Assembly (NCBI GenBank): GCA_963514005.1 | Contig: OY740797.1 | Coordinates: 12,772,001 to 12,836,000, forward strand | Direction: 5' to 3' | Length of the DNA stretch: 64,000 nucleotides | From: Raja brachyura | Lineage: Eukaryota | Shown here: positions 37,490-46,893 of the stretch, in pieces | Numbering within the stretch: position 1 is the first letter of the stretch | How the letters are laid out: each line of letters opens with the position of its first letter | The notes under the pieces: generated by a model | The model's database searches: none | Told to the model about the DNA's origin: nothing | What the model saw: only the letters and a program-made list of their open reading frames with translations | Position numbers and translations under genes: made by a program

Positions 37490-39245
37490 TTGGGGGAGGG
37501 AGATGGGGAGAGGTGGGGGATGGGGGAGAGAGAAATGGAAGTGGGGAGGGAGGGTGAGAGGTGTAGGCGAGAGTGGTGGAAGTGGGAGAGAGAGAGGGGG
37601 AAGGGGGAATGGTGGAAGAGGGAGAGAGGAGTAGTGGAAAGGGGTGGGGGAGATAGGGAGGGAGGGGAGAGAGAGGATGGGGAAGAGAGAGAGGTGTGGT
37701 GGGAGAGGGGTGGGGGAAGGGAGAGAGAAGTGGAAGAGTGGGGAGGGAGGGGAGAGGCGTGGAGGGAGTAGTGGGAGGAGGGGGGAGGAGGGAGAGGGGG
37801 TGGGAAGGGGGAGAGAAGTGGAAGAGGTGGAAGTGGGAGAGGGAGGAGGGGGAGGGGGATGGGTGGAAGGGAGAATGGGGTAGGGGAAAGTGGGGGTAGA
37901 TAGCAAGGGAGGGGGGTAGATAGGGAGGGAGGGGGGTAGATAGGGAGGGAGGGGGGTAGATAGGGAGGGAGGGGGAGGGCGAGAGGTGGGGAGGGACGGG
38001 TGTGGGAAGGGGGAGAGATGTGGAAGAGTGGGGAGGGAGGGGTAGGGGGTGGTGGAAGTGGGAGAGAGGGAGGGGAGGGGGTTAGGGGGGAGTGGTGGAA
38101 GAGGGAGAGGCGTAGGGAAAAAGGGGTGGGGGAGGGAGGGGGGTGGGGGAGAGGGATGGGGGTGGGAGGAGGAGGAGGGGGGAGAGGGTGAGGAGAAGGA
38201 GATGGAGAGGGGGAGGAGAGGTGTGGGGGAGGGGAGGAGAGAGGGGGGGAAGAGAGGTGTGGGGGAGGGGGGAAGGAGGGGAGGGGGAGATGGGGTAGGG
38301 AGAGAGGGGGGAGAGTGTGGAGGGGGAAGAGTGGGGTGGGGGAGGGGGATGGGGAGAGAAGGAAGGGGCAGGGGGAGAGAAGGAAGAGGGATGGGGAGAG
38401 ATGGAAGGGTGGGAGGAGGAGGGGTGGGAGAGAGGGGTGGGAGAGGGGGAGAAGGGGAGGGAGGATGGAGAGGGGGTGGGAGGGAGAGATGTGGAAGAGT
38501 GGGGAGGGAGGGGGGGAGGTGTAGGGGGAGTGGTGGATGTGGGGGGGGGAGGGGTGGAAGGGAGAAAAGGGTAGGGGAAAGGGGTGGGGGAGATAGGGAG
38601 GAGGGGGAGATAGGGAGGGGGAGGGAGAGAGGTGGGGAGGGACAGGGGTGTGGGAAGGGGGAGAGATGTGGAAGGGGGAGAGGGGGAGAGGGGTAGGGGG
38701 AGTGGTGGAGGTGGGAGGTGAGGGGGGGAGTGGTGGAAGAGGGAGAGGGGTTGGAAAAAGGGGGTAGGGGGAGAGGAAAGGGGGGTGGGGGGAGAGGGAA
38801 GGGGGGTGGGGGATAGAGGGATGGGGTGGGAGGAGGAGGGGGAGAGGGAGAGGGGTGAGGAGAGGGAGATGGAGAGGGGGAGGAGAGGTGTGGGGGAGGA
38901 GAGAGGAGAGGGGAGGGGGAGAGAGATGTGGGGGAGGGAGGGGAGGGGGAGATGGGGTAAGGGAGAGAGGGGGAAGAGGAGAAGGGGAAGGGGTTGGTGA
39001 ATAGAGGGAAGGGGCGGGGAGTGGGAAGGGGGCTGTGGGAGAGAGGAGGGGGAGGAGAGGGAGATGGAGAGGGGGAGGAGAGAGGGGTGGGGGAGGAGAG
39101 AGGGATGGGGAAGGGTGAGAGGTGTGGGGGAAGGGGGAGGGATGGGGAGGAGGGAGATGGGGTAGGGGAGGGAGGGGGAAGAGTGTGGACGGAGGGGGAG
39201 AGGGTTGGGGGGAGAGAGTGGGGAGGTAGAGAGGGGGGGGTAGGG
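37490..39245. repeat. 1.75-kb G/A-rich polypurine low-complexity tract
   Basis: Plus strand almost entirely G and A with dense G3-G8 runs and degenerate recurring units such as GGGAGAGATGTGGAAGAGTGGGGAGGGAGG. Confidence 0.95.
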
Positions 39246-39818
39246 GCAGTCCATCTATTCCCCACTCCCTATCACCCCCAATCCTCTTTCTCTATTCCCA
39301 CGTGATCAAGCGCTTCGACAGGCTGCTGGGGCTGGGGCAAAGGCAGATGTAAATGAGATCCATTCCGATTGGACATTTGTGAGGGATGGCATTGTGACAT
39401 CACACAATGGAATGTGCTGGAACATCAGGCGGGGGAGCGGGGGCTGGGGCTGGTGCGAGGGCAGATGTAAATGAGATCTGTTCCGATTGGACATCTGTGA
39501 GCATTGGGCATTGTGACATGACACGATGGAATGTTTAGCAACATTCTGTGGGTGAGAGCAGTTTGATAGTTTTAAGCTTTCGAAAAAGTGGGGAGGGGGG
39601 GATGGATTTTATTAAAATTGGTGTATGTAACAATGTCTAAATGTAATGAGGAGTGCCTTTGGTGATGTACAAGTGTAACGTCTGGCTAAATTGAAAAAAC
39701 AGCGGCATCCGAGGGTCCGGTTTTGGCGGAGCAAGGAATCAAAGGGCGAAAACGTGGCAGCCGGAAGGCAGGCGGACGGCTGTCGGCAGACACACACAGA
39801 GTTTTCATATAATAGAGA
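37490..39818 (-). mobile_element. Non-autonomous Helitron B (3' end not resolved; may contain the G/A tract)
   Basis: 5' TCTCTATTATATGAAAACTCTGTGTGTG at 39818 and a ~200-bp 5' region homologous to Helitron A; two ~105-bp internal direct repeats at ~39320 and ~39435. Confidence 0.55.
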
Positions 39819-40321
39819 CTAAACCAAGTGCAGACCCGTTGGGTCTGTTACCCCAACGTGCGTTTGCGGGGGGGGGGGGCAGGGGGGGCGGGCAGCATGT
39901 CCCTGAGGGTGGGTGAGGGGGATAGAGAGGGGTGGGGTAAGGGGAAGGGGAGGGGAGAGGAGAGGGTAAGGTGAGAGGAGAGGGGTTATGAAGAAGAGGG
40001 GAAGAAAGGGAGGTAGAGGAGAGGGGGAGAAAGAGGGGTAGGGGAGAGGTGGAGAGAGAGTGGAAGGGGAGGAAGAGAGAGGTGGGGAGAGCGAGGGGGT
40101 GAGAGGAGGGGGAGAGAGAGAGAAAGGAAAAATGGTGTACGTAAGAACGGCTAAACGTAATGAGGAGCGCCTTTGGTAATGTACAAGCGTAACGTCTGGC
40201 TAAATGGAAAAAACGGCGGCGTCCGAGGGTCCGGTTTTGGCGGAGCAAGGAATCAAAGGGCGAAAACGTTGCAGCCGGACGGCTGTCGGCAGACACACAC
40301 AGAGTTTTAATACAATAGAGA
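39819..40321 (-). mobile_element. Non-autonomous Helitron A
   Basis: On -: A|TC 5' end, 3' hairpin AGACCC-AAC-GGGTCT followed by GCACTTGGT-TTAG|T; no TSD. Confidence 0.75.
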
Positions 40322-40369
40322 TGTGCATAATGTTTGAAGATTCTGTATTGTTTTCTTCCAAAAATACAG

Positions 40370-40528
40370 AACAAAACAAAGTCGCATCTTCCTGAATTTT
40401 TCCATAAGTACCTCTGGAAGAAGTTTGGAGACTCTGCCATGCTCTGGGCTTACAACATTTACTATGGCTGCAGGTACTATCAGGACGATGAGTACATCGG
40501 TCTGTTTTTCCGCATCATCAATGGAATA
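40370..40528 (+). CDS. TSNAXIP1: TSNAXIP1 exon (NKTKSHLPEFFHKYLWKKFGDSAMLWAYNIY...INGI)
   Basis: CAG acceptor, GTGAGT donor; resembles human FPDFFFNFLEHRFGPSDAMAWAYTIF. Confidence 0.93.
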
Positions 40529-40667
40529 GTGAGTTTCTGCATTTGATAAAATTAACAAGGTTCAAATATTAAGTAGATTAAGTAGATAAATGAATTTTCC
40601 TAGACTCTGCTGATGTTCACAAGATGTCATCGGTACATTTGGGAAGCAGCAAAAACAACATTTTTAA

Positions 40668-40930
40668 TTTAGTTTAGAGATACGGCAAGGGAACTGGCCT
40701 TTCGACCCACTGAGTCCATGCCAACCAGTGATCCCCACACACTAACGCTATCCTACACACACTAGGGACAATTTACAAATTTACCGAAGCCAATTAACCT
40801 ACAAACCTTTGAAGTGTGGGAGGAATCCGGAGCACCCGGAGAAAACCCCGCAGGTCACGGGAGAACGTATAAACTCTGTACAGATAGCACCCATTGCTGG
40901 AAGACAGCAATTCTACTGCTGCGCCACCCT
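40668..40930 (-). mobile_element. HE1-type SINE
   Basis: Core and tail in reverse orientation. Confidence 0.78.
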
Positions 40931-40944
40931 GCTAAACATAGGGG

Positions 40945-41350
40945 GACACAAAGTGCTGGAGTAACTCAGTGGGTCAGGCAGAATTTCTGGAGAACATGGA
41001 TAGATAACGTTTTGGCCGAGACCCTTCTTCAATCAGACTGATTGTGGGGTTTGGGGGGCAGGGAGAGAGGAGAGGCAGAACAAAGCACGGCAGGTAATAG
41101 GTGGAGGGGGGGTTTTGATAGGCCGAGGGTTGGAACAAAGGCCAGACATCAAAGCAGAAGGTGTGAGACAGGATTGAAATTGCAAATTGTATACACAGAG
41201 GAAGGAATCTGAGAGGAGGGGGGAGGAACAAAATAGGTATGGGGCATGGGTGTAAGTGTGGGGGAAGAAAGGTGGGCTGTGGGGGAGAGAGGGGAAGTGT
41301 TGTTAGAGGTTACCTAACATTGGAGAATTCAGTGTTCATACTGTAAGGTT
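40945..41350 (-). mobile_element. Penelope-like element fragment (pLTR plus adjoining purine-rich 3' region)
   Basis: GACACAAAGTGCTGGAGTAACTCAG...GAGACCCTTCTTCA; related longer pieces at ~52060-52330 and ~56460-56670. Confidence 0.6.
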
Positions 41351-41647
41351 GTCAGCTGTGTTGATCTGATTTCCCCTACTCTGTGTCATTGAGATACTGT
41401 TAGCCGCAGGGAAAATGAAAGGCCATGGGACCAAATGTTGGGAGGTGGATACAATGTACTGTAGCGACTCAAGTGCACATTTACTACTGGTGACCGAAGA
41501 TTAAATGCAAAACATTTGTGAAGAGCCCAATATCCAGTTTATACTCAAAGTGACTATGTTGCTGCACACTATGCATGTCACCATTATATACTATTGAACA
41601 ATGACAGTGAGATCAATTCAATTTTACTTCGGAGTCACGTGAGTGAC

Positions 41648-41680
41648 TTCGTGAAGACCCCGCCAACACGCATGCGCGGC
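41648..41680 (+). repeat. DIRS left ITR (pairs with right ITR 46894-46926)
   Basis: TTCGTGAAGACCCCGCCAACACGCATGCGCGGC is the exact reverse complement of 46894-46926. Confidence 0.95.
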
Positions 41681-41815
41681 TTATCGTCGCGCGCATTTGC
41701 TCACGGCAGCTGGGGGGGGGAGTGCGCTCCCTCAACCGGCTCCTTCAAAAAGGTAGGCAGCTGCAAGTAAGTTAACCTTTAGCTGGTTCGTGTGCTCTGT
41801 ATTGTTTGCAGGGCC

Positions 41816-43606
41816 ATGGAAGGAGGAAGGAGCATTAAGAGTCGCGTTCAGCGAGTGCAGTCCCCGGAGCTGCCCGCTACATCGGGAGCAGCTGAGACAC
41901 CACCGGGGAGGAAGTCGCGGAAGTCGGGGAGCTCTGGGCAGCTGACTAGACCCGGCACAACCCCTCTGGCAAAGAAGAGGGTGTCCGCGCAGGAGCAGGG
42001 GCTGGGAGACCCTGACTCCAGGCCTCCAGTGCCCAAGTCCAGGGCTGGAGGTAAGGCACGTGGGGCTCTTGGAGCAAGCGTGTCTGCGGGTGCATCCCCC
42101 CCTTTAGAGGTCCCTCGTGGGCAGAACAGGGGAGAAGCCTTGCTAAAGTCCAGCCTTGTCGGTTCGGCAGGCAGGGACAAGCCACTGGGTAAACCTGCAA
42201 GGAAGCAGACCAGTGGCAGTGCTGGCGTGCCGAGGATCCCTGTGGGGGCAGGATGTACCGGCACACCACCGGAACAGGCTGCCGTAGTGCGGGCCGGTGG
42301 CAGCAAAGTACGATCTAGCACTCCTGCTGAGGCGGGTATAACAGACCATGCGCCGCCACATTCCCGTTTATGTGTGGAACACTGTGGTGGTAAGCCTGCA
42401 CGGACATCGAGGAGTCTGGCTTCTGGTGCAAACACTGACTCAAGCCCTCTTCCCTCCCACCAGACAGAGGGGCCGCTGCTGTCAAAACGACGGCGGACCA
42501 GCGGTATGTCCGTGCGGGAGTCGCACAGCCCCACTGGAGTGGGAGCTGGCGACTTCCTGGCAGTGCATTCCGTGGGGGTGCTGACAACTGCCGGAAGCCC
42601 CGGTTCCTCTGGAGAGGCTGGGGAAGACGACCAGTGGCCCACGTGCAGCGGTGACGGTCGTATGGCCCGGTTGGAGCGTATGGTGGAGGTGCTCTATAAA
42701 CGGGACCTGGAGCATCAGGAACGGCAGTCCCAGAGGTCTGGGAGCTACGCACAGCCGCCACCTTCCATCTCACCATTGCTGGAGAGCCAGCTAGGAAGTA
42801 TGGGTGAGTCTGAGGAGGAGGGAGAGCTCAACGCCCCACAGGAAATGTTGGAGGCAGTCTCGAAGTTTGGGACGCCTGCTACCGCTGGGGACCCATTACA
42901 TCCCAAGATAGCGGCTTCGATTGATTTTCTGACTACGCACCAGCTCCAGGATACCATGCTCACGGAAACAATGGCCAGATACAAAGCACCGGCGAACTGC
43001 AACTCCCTCAACGTTCCTAAGGTGAATACAGCGATATGGGGGAACATGTCTACTAATACAAGGATTAAGGAGGGCAAGCTCCAGAAGATCCTGAAACTGC
43101 TGACGGCGGGTATCACGGCTTTCGCTCGGTCTCTGGATGCCACGAGTGTTTCCGAGGAGCAGCAGGATGCACTAGCGCTCTTGTGCAACACTCAGTTTGA
43201 GATAAACTGTTTTAGGAAAAGCTCCATCCGGCCAAATTTAAATCCCAAATTTGCGGGATTATGCAGCACCTCCACCGCACCACCACCAAGGCAGCTGTTT
43301 GGGGAAGACCTACCTAAGCGGGTAAAAGAGCTGGACGAGGAGGCCAAGACTGTGGGGATGATGAGGCAGCCTCATTCATCTAAGGCTCACGTTTACACCA
43401 GGCAGCAGCCACATTCCTCGGTCAGGTCCCGCACACCGGCAGACAGGGTCCCCAGAACATACCCGCAATCAACATTCTCCACGCCGGGGCCCCAACAGCA
43501 GAAGCCTTTTTTATTCCAAGGCCAGCCCAAGCCGGCTTGGAAGATGCGGCAACAGGGCCACGTCACTCGGGGAACAAAAACACCACAGTCCAGACCCCGG
43601 CGCTAA
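41816..43606 (+). CDS. DIRS ORF1 (Gag-like), starting at GCCATGG
   Basis: Open frame of about 596 aa from the Kozak ATG at 41816; disordered N-terminal half, C-terminal PANCNSLNVPKVNTAIW and LFGEDL motifs typical of DIRS gag. Confidence 0.85.
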   Translation: MEGGRSIKSRVQRVQSPELPATSGAAETPPGRKSRKSGSSGQLTRPGTTPLAKKRVSAQEQGLGDPDSRPPVPKSRAGGKARGALGASVSAGASPPLEVPRGQNRGEALLKSSLVGSAGRDKPLGKPARKQTSGSAGVPRIPVGAGCTGTPPEQAAVVRAGGSKVRSSTPAEAGITDHAPPHSRLCVEHCGGKPARTSRSLASGANTDSSPLPSHQTEGPLLSKRRRTSGMSVRESHSPTGVGAGDFLAVHSVGVLTTAGSPGSSGEAGEDDQWPTCSGDGRMARLERMVEVLYKRDLEHQERQSQRSGSYAQPPPSISPLLESQLGSMGESEEEGELNAPQEMLEAVSKFGTPATAGDPLHPKIAASIDFLTTHQLQDTMLTETMARYKAPANCNSLNVPKVNTAIWGNMSTNTRIKEGKLQKILKLLTAGITAFARSLDATSVSEEQQDALALLCNTQFEINCFRKSSIRPNLNPKFAGLCSTSTAPPPRQLFGEDLPKRVKELDEEAKTVGMMRQPHSSKAHVYTRQQPHSSVRSRTPADRVPRTYPQSTFSTPGPQQQKPFLFQGQPKPAWKMRQQGHVTRGTKTPQSRPRR

Positions 43607-45543
43607 CCTTGGAGGTAAGGGGGCTTGGTTCCTTCCACAAAGTAGCAATAGTAACCTCACCGGTGGGGGGACGGTTACGGGATTTCCGGTCGGCCTGGGA
43701 TACCATAACTACGGATCCTTTTATTTTACAAAGCATTCAGGGTTATGAGATAGAGTTTATTAATGCCAGGGACCCCCCTTCACAACATGAGCCTAGTCGC
43801 AGATTTGCACTCTCTCAATTAGAGAAGGAGCGGGCTCATGTTGAGATACTACGATTGGAAGAAAAAAGGGTAATACAGAAAACGACGCATGAGCCACTGG
43901 AGTTTGTATCCAACATCGTTACTAGAACCAAGAAGGATGGAGGCTGTCGGATTATCATCGACTTAACCCAGTTGAATGCTTTCGTACAATATACCCATTT
44001 CAAAATGGAGACGTTTGAGACAGCCAAGCAGTTGGTCAGTCATGGGTACTTTATGGCTTGCATTGACCTCAAGGATGCATACTATCCAGTCCCTATCGCT
44101 AAACAACATAGAAGGTTCTTGAAATTTGTCTGGGAAGGTCAATTATGGCAATATAAAGCTTTGCCTAATGGGATTTCAACAGCGCCGAGACTATTTACCA
44201 AAATTGTTAAACCTATATTGGCACATCTTAGGAAACAAAACCATATCATTATGGCATATTTAGATGACATATTCATAGCGGGGGAAACCCTAGCGCTAGC
44301 CCAGCTGGCAGTCTCAGCCGCCATCTCTTTGTTTCAAAGGATGGGGTTTATAATCCATCCAGACAAATCCAAGTTCAACCCTTCGCAGGTCATGGACTAT
44401 TTGGGGTTCACTATAGACACTAACCAGATGAAAGTCACCGTCCCAATTGACAAAGTGGTGGACATTCAATACGCATGCATCAGTTTACTTGACAGCAACA
44501 GGCCAACCATTCGGCAGGTTGCAAAGGTAATTGGGAAGCTGGTAGCTAATTTCCCAGCTGTAAATTATGGTCCATTACACTACCGGAAATTACAAACAAG
44601 CAAAATTCTGGCGTTAAAATTGAATGCCGGACATTTTGACCGACCTATGCAACTGGGCATAGGGGAAAAGGCCGAGTTGAACTGGTGGGTTCACGGTATT
44701 AGAGGAAGTTCCAAACCCATCCTTCTCCCAAATCCAACAGTTCTGTTGCAAACTGATGCAAGCGCACAAGGCTGGGGAGCAACTGACACCATAACCAGCT
44801 GCGGTGGTAGAGTTCACCCTTCTCATGAGTTCACCCTTCTCCAAGTACAAGGCATTAATTATCTGGAGATGCTGGGGGTTTTTCATGGGTTACGGGCATA
44901 TTGCAGTAACTTGCGTCATGCACATGTCCGCCTTCAAATAGACAATACCACGGTGGTAGCAAATATAAATCATATGGGTGGTATCAGGTCAGTATCTTGT
45001 AATGATTTGGCAAATACAATTTGGCTCTGGTGCATCAAAAGGGATATTTGGATATCAGCAACGTACCTCCCGGGGATACTCAATACAGTGGCGGACACCA
45101 GGTCACGAGTGTTCAATGATAACATCGAGTGGATGCTGAATCCCCATGTGTTTACTGAAATTGTAACAAAATTTGGTATGCCAGATATTGACCTATTTGC
45201 GTCTAGGTTGAACCATCAGATACCAACGTATGTATCGTGGGAACCAGACCCTGGGGCAGTGGCGTTGGATGCTTTTTCGCTCCACTGGGGGAAATGGTAT
45301 TGCTACGCATTTCCCCCATTCTGCCTCATCAGCCGGGTATTGCAGAAAATCAAATTGGACTCTGCGTCAGGCATTCTGGTAATACCCGACTGGCCGACAC
45401 AACCATGGTACCCGGTGGTCTCCCAGATGTTGAAACATCCTTGGGTGCAAATTGCAAACAACCCGCGATTGATCACTAATCCTGTCACTGGCGCGTCGCA
45501 TCCGTGCCACGGGTGTCTAAACCTGTTGATCTGCAGATTCTGA
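43507..45543 (+). CDS. DIRS ORF2: reverse transcriptase, RNase H and Dam-like methyltransferase domain (probably entered by -1 frameshift)
   Basis: VGGRL, KKDGG.R.IIDL..LN, IDLKDAY, YLDD (RT); TDAS.QGWG, INYLE, IDNTT, NTVAD (RNase H); DLFASRLN and YAFPPF (MT-like). Frame open from 43384; first ATG only at 44005. Confidence 0.93.
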   Translation, partial: FFIPRPAQAGLEDAATGPRHSGNKNTTVQTPALTLEVRGLGSFHKVAIVTSPVGGRLRDFRSAWDTITTDPFILQSIQGYEIEFINARDPPSQHEPSRRFALSQLEKERAHVEILRLEEKRVIQKTTHEPLEFVSNIVTRTKKDGGCRIIIDLTQLNAFVQYTHFKMETFETAKQLVSHGYFMACIDLKDAYYPVPIAKQHRRFLKFVWEGQLWQYKALPNGISTAPRLFTKIVKPILAHLRKQNHIIMAYLDDIFIAGETLALAQLAVSAAISLFQRMGFIIHPDKSKFNPSQVMDYLGFTIDTNQMKVTVPIDKVVDIQYACISLLDSNRPTIRQVAKVIGKLVANFPAVNYGPLHYRKLQTSKILALKLNAGHFDRPMQLGIGEKAELNWWVHGIRGSSKPILLPNPTVLLQTDASAQGWGATDTITSCGGRVHPSHEFTLLQVQGINYLEMLGVFHGLRAYCSNLRHAHVRLQIDNTTVVANINHMGGIRSVSCNDLANTIWLWCIKRDIWISATYLPGILNTVADTRSRVFNDNIEWMLNPHVFTEIVTKFGMPDIDLFASRLNHQIPTYVSWEPDPGAVALDAFSLHWGKWYCYAFPPFCLISRVLQKIKLDSASGILVIPDWPTQPWYPVVSQMLKHPWVQIANNPRLITNPVTGASHPCHGCLNLLICRF

Positions 45544-46499
45544 AAAGGCCTCTTATAAACACCGGGATCTCATCGAGGGCCATGGATGTAATCGCTGCAT
45601 CGTGCAGAACATCTACCAGACGGCAGTACCTGACTCAGATCAGGAAATGGGAGTTATTCTGCTCAAGGAAGAATGTTTCCTATGATTCTGCTACGATACC
45701 TGACGTCCTGGAATTCCTGGCGGGCCTCCATTACGATGATGGGCTCAGCTATAGTGCCATCAATAGCGCCAGGAGTGCGCTGTCCTCGTACCTTCCGGTA
45801 GGAGTGGGGACCAACAATCTGGTGTCAAAATTCATGAGGGGTGTACTTAATACCAACCCTCCACGGCCCAGATATAACATTGTCTGGGATGCAGGAGTAG
45901 TCCTGTCCTTTTTAAGATCATGGTCTCCCATGGCGGGGTTACCACTTCACCGACTCACCCTAAAGGTGGTCATGTTGATGGCACTCACGTCTGCTCAGCG
46001 GGTACAGGCGCTTCAAAAGTTGCGCATTGACAATATGCTCTCTACCCCTGGGAAAGTAACTTTTTACGTTGCAGAGTTGCTAAAGCAGCATAGACCCGGG
46101 ACTACGGGGCTGCAATTGGAATTCCAGGCGTACCCCACTGATGCCACACTCTGCACAGTCGCCCACCTCCGTTACTACATCGAGTCAACCCAGCCAATCA
46201 GGAACTCAGAACAAGGACTGCTCATAAGCCACAAAAAACCACATCACCGGGTGACAGTGCAGACGATCTCCAGGTGGCTCAGGGAGGTGTTGGATGCAGC
46301 AGGTATTGACACTCACATTTTTAAATCTCATTCCACCAGGGCTGCATCCACATCAACAGCGAGGGCCATGGAAGTGCCCATGGATCACGTCCTCGCTACA
46401 GCAGGATGGGCCAGTAAGACAACCTTCCAGCGGTTCTACCACAAGCCATTGGCCGGACCTGCAACATATGCGGATGCAGTACTCAGGGCTGCTCCCTAA
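45504..46499 (+). CDS. DIRS ORF3: tyrosine recombinase (first in-frame ATG at 45582)
   Basis: Catalytic set intact: SAQR (R), HSTR (HxxR), AGW (W), FQRFY (Y). Confidence 0.93.
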   Translation: MPRVSKPVDLQILKRPLINTGISSRAMDVIAASCRTSTRRQYLTQIRKWELFCSRKNVSYDSATIPDVLEFLAGLHYDDGLSYSAINSARSALSSYLPVGVGTNNLVSKFMRGVLNTNPPRPRYNIVWDAGVVLSFLRSWSPMAGLPLHRLTLKVVMLMALTSAQRVQALQKLRIDNMLSTPGKVTFYVAELLKQHRPGTTGLQLEFQAYPTDATLCTVAHLRYYIESTQPIRNSEQGLLISHKKPHHRVTVQTISRWLREVLDAAGIDTHIFKSHSTRAASTSTARAMEVPMDHVLATAGWASKTTFQRFYHKPLAGPATYADAVLRAAP

Positions 46500-46669
46500 T
46501 ATCATTTGTCCCCAGACAGGGGGTTGTTTATGATTTGTGTTAATAAATCTCCATTATTTTGCTTTCAGCTTGTCCAGTCTGGATTGCATTAACAAACTTC
46601 CTCCATCAGGATTGCGGCAGTGTGGTAGCATGGACGTTGTCCAGGGCGTGTAATCACAGAGCTTTGAAA

Positions 46670-46782
46670 TCTTCACGAAGTCACTCACGTGACTCCGAAG
46701 TAAAATAGTAAGATTAAACGAGAACTTACCAGTTCGAAGGTTGATCTTTATTTTATGAGGAGTTGCGGTGAGGGATTTCGTG
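46670..46782 (+). repeat. DIRS internal complementary region (ICR)
   Basis: 46670-46706 is the reverse complement of the left terminus 41621-41657; 46704-46782 is the reverse complement of the right terminus 46921-46999; the halves share AAT. Confidence 0.96.
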
Positions 46783-46893
46783 CCCTCCGCTCCCAACCCT
46801 CGATCATTATGTTCAACTGGTTAGTTCAAAGGTTAATCTTAATATCTTTACTTTTGGTCGGGTCTATGATTCCACTCCGCTGCTTTGAAGGAT

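Noticed and set aside
37463-39305. 600-aa and 390-aa Pro/Ser/Leu-rich ORFs (-) and Gly/Glu/Arg-rich ORFs (+)
   Set aside because: By-products of a stop-poor polypurine tract; open in many frames with no domain or splice support.
41848-42776. Antisense ORFs (264 aa, 153 aa and others) over DIRS gag
   Set aside because: Expected in GC-rich coding sequence; no recognisable motifs.
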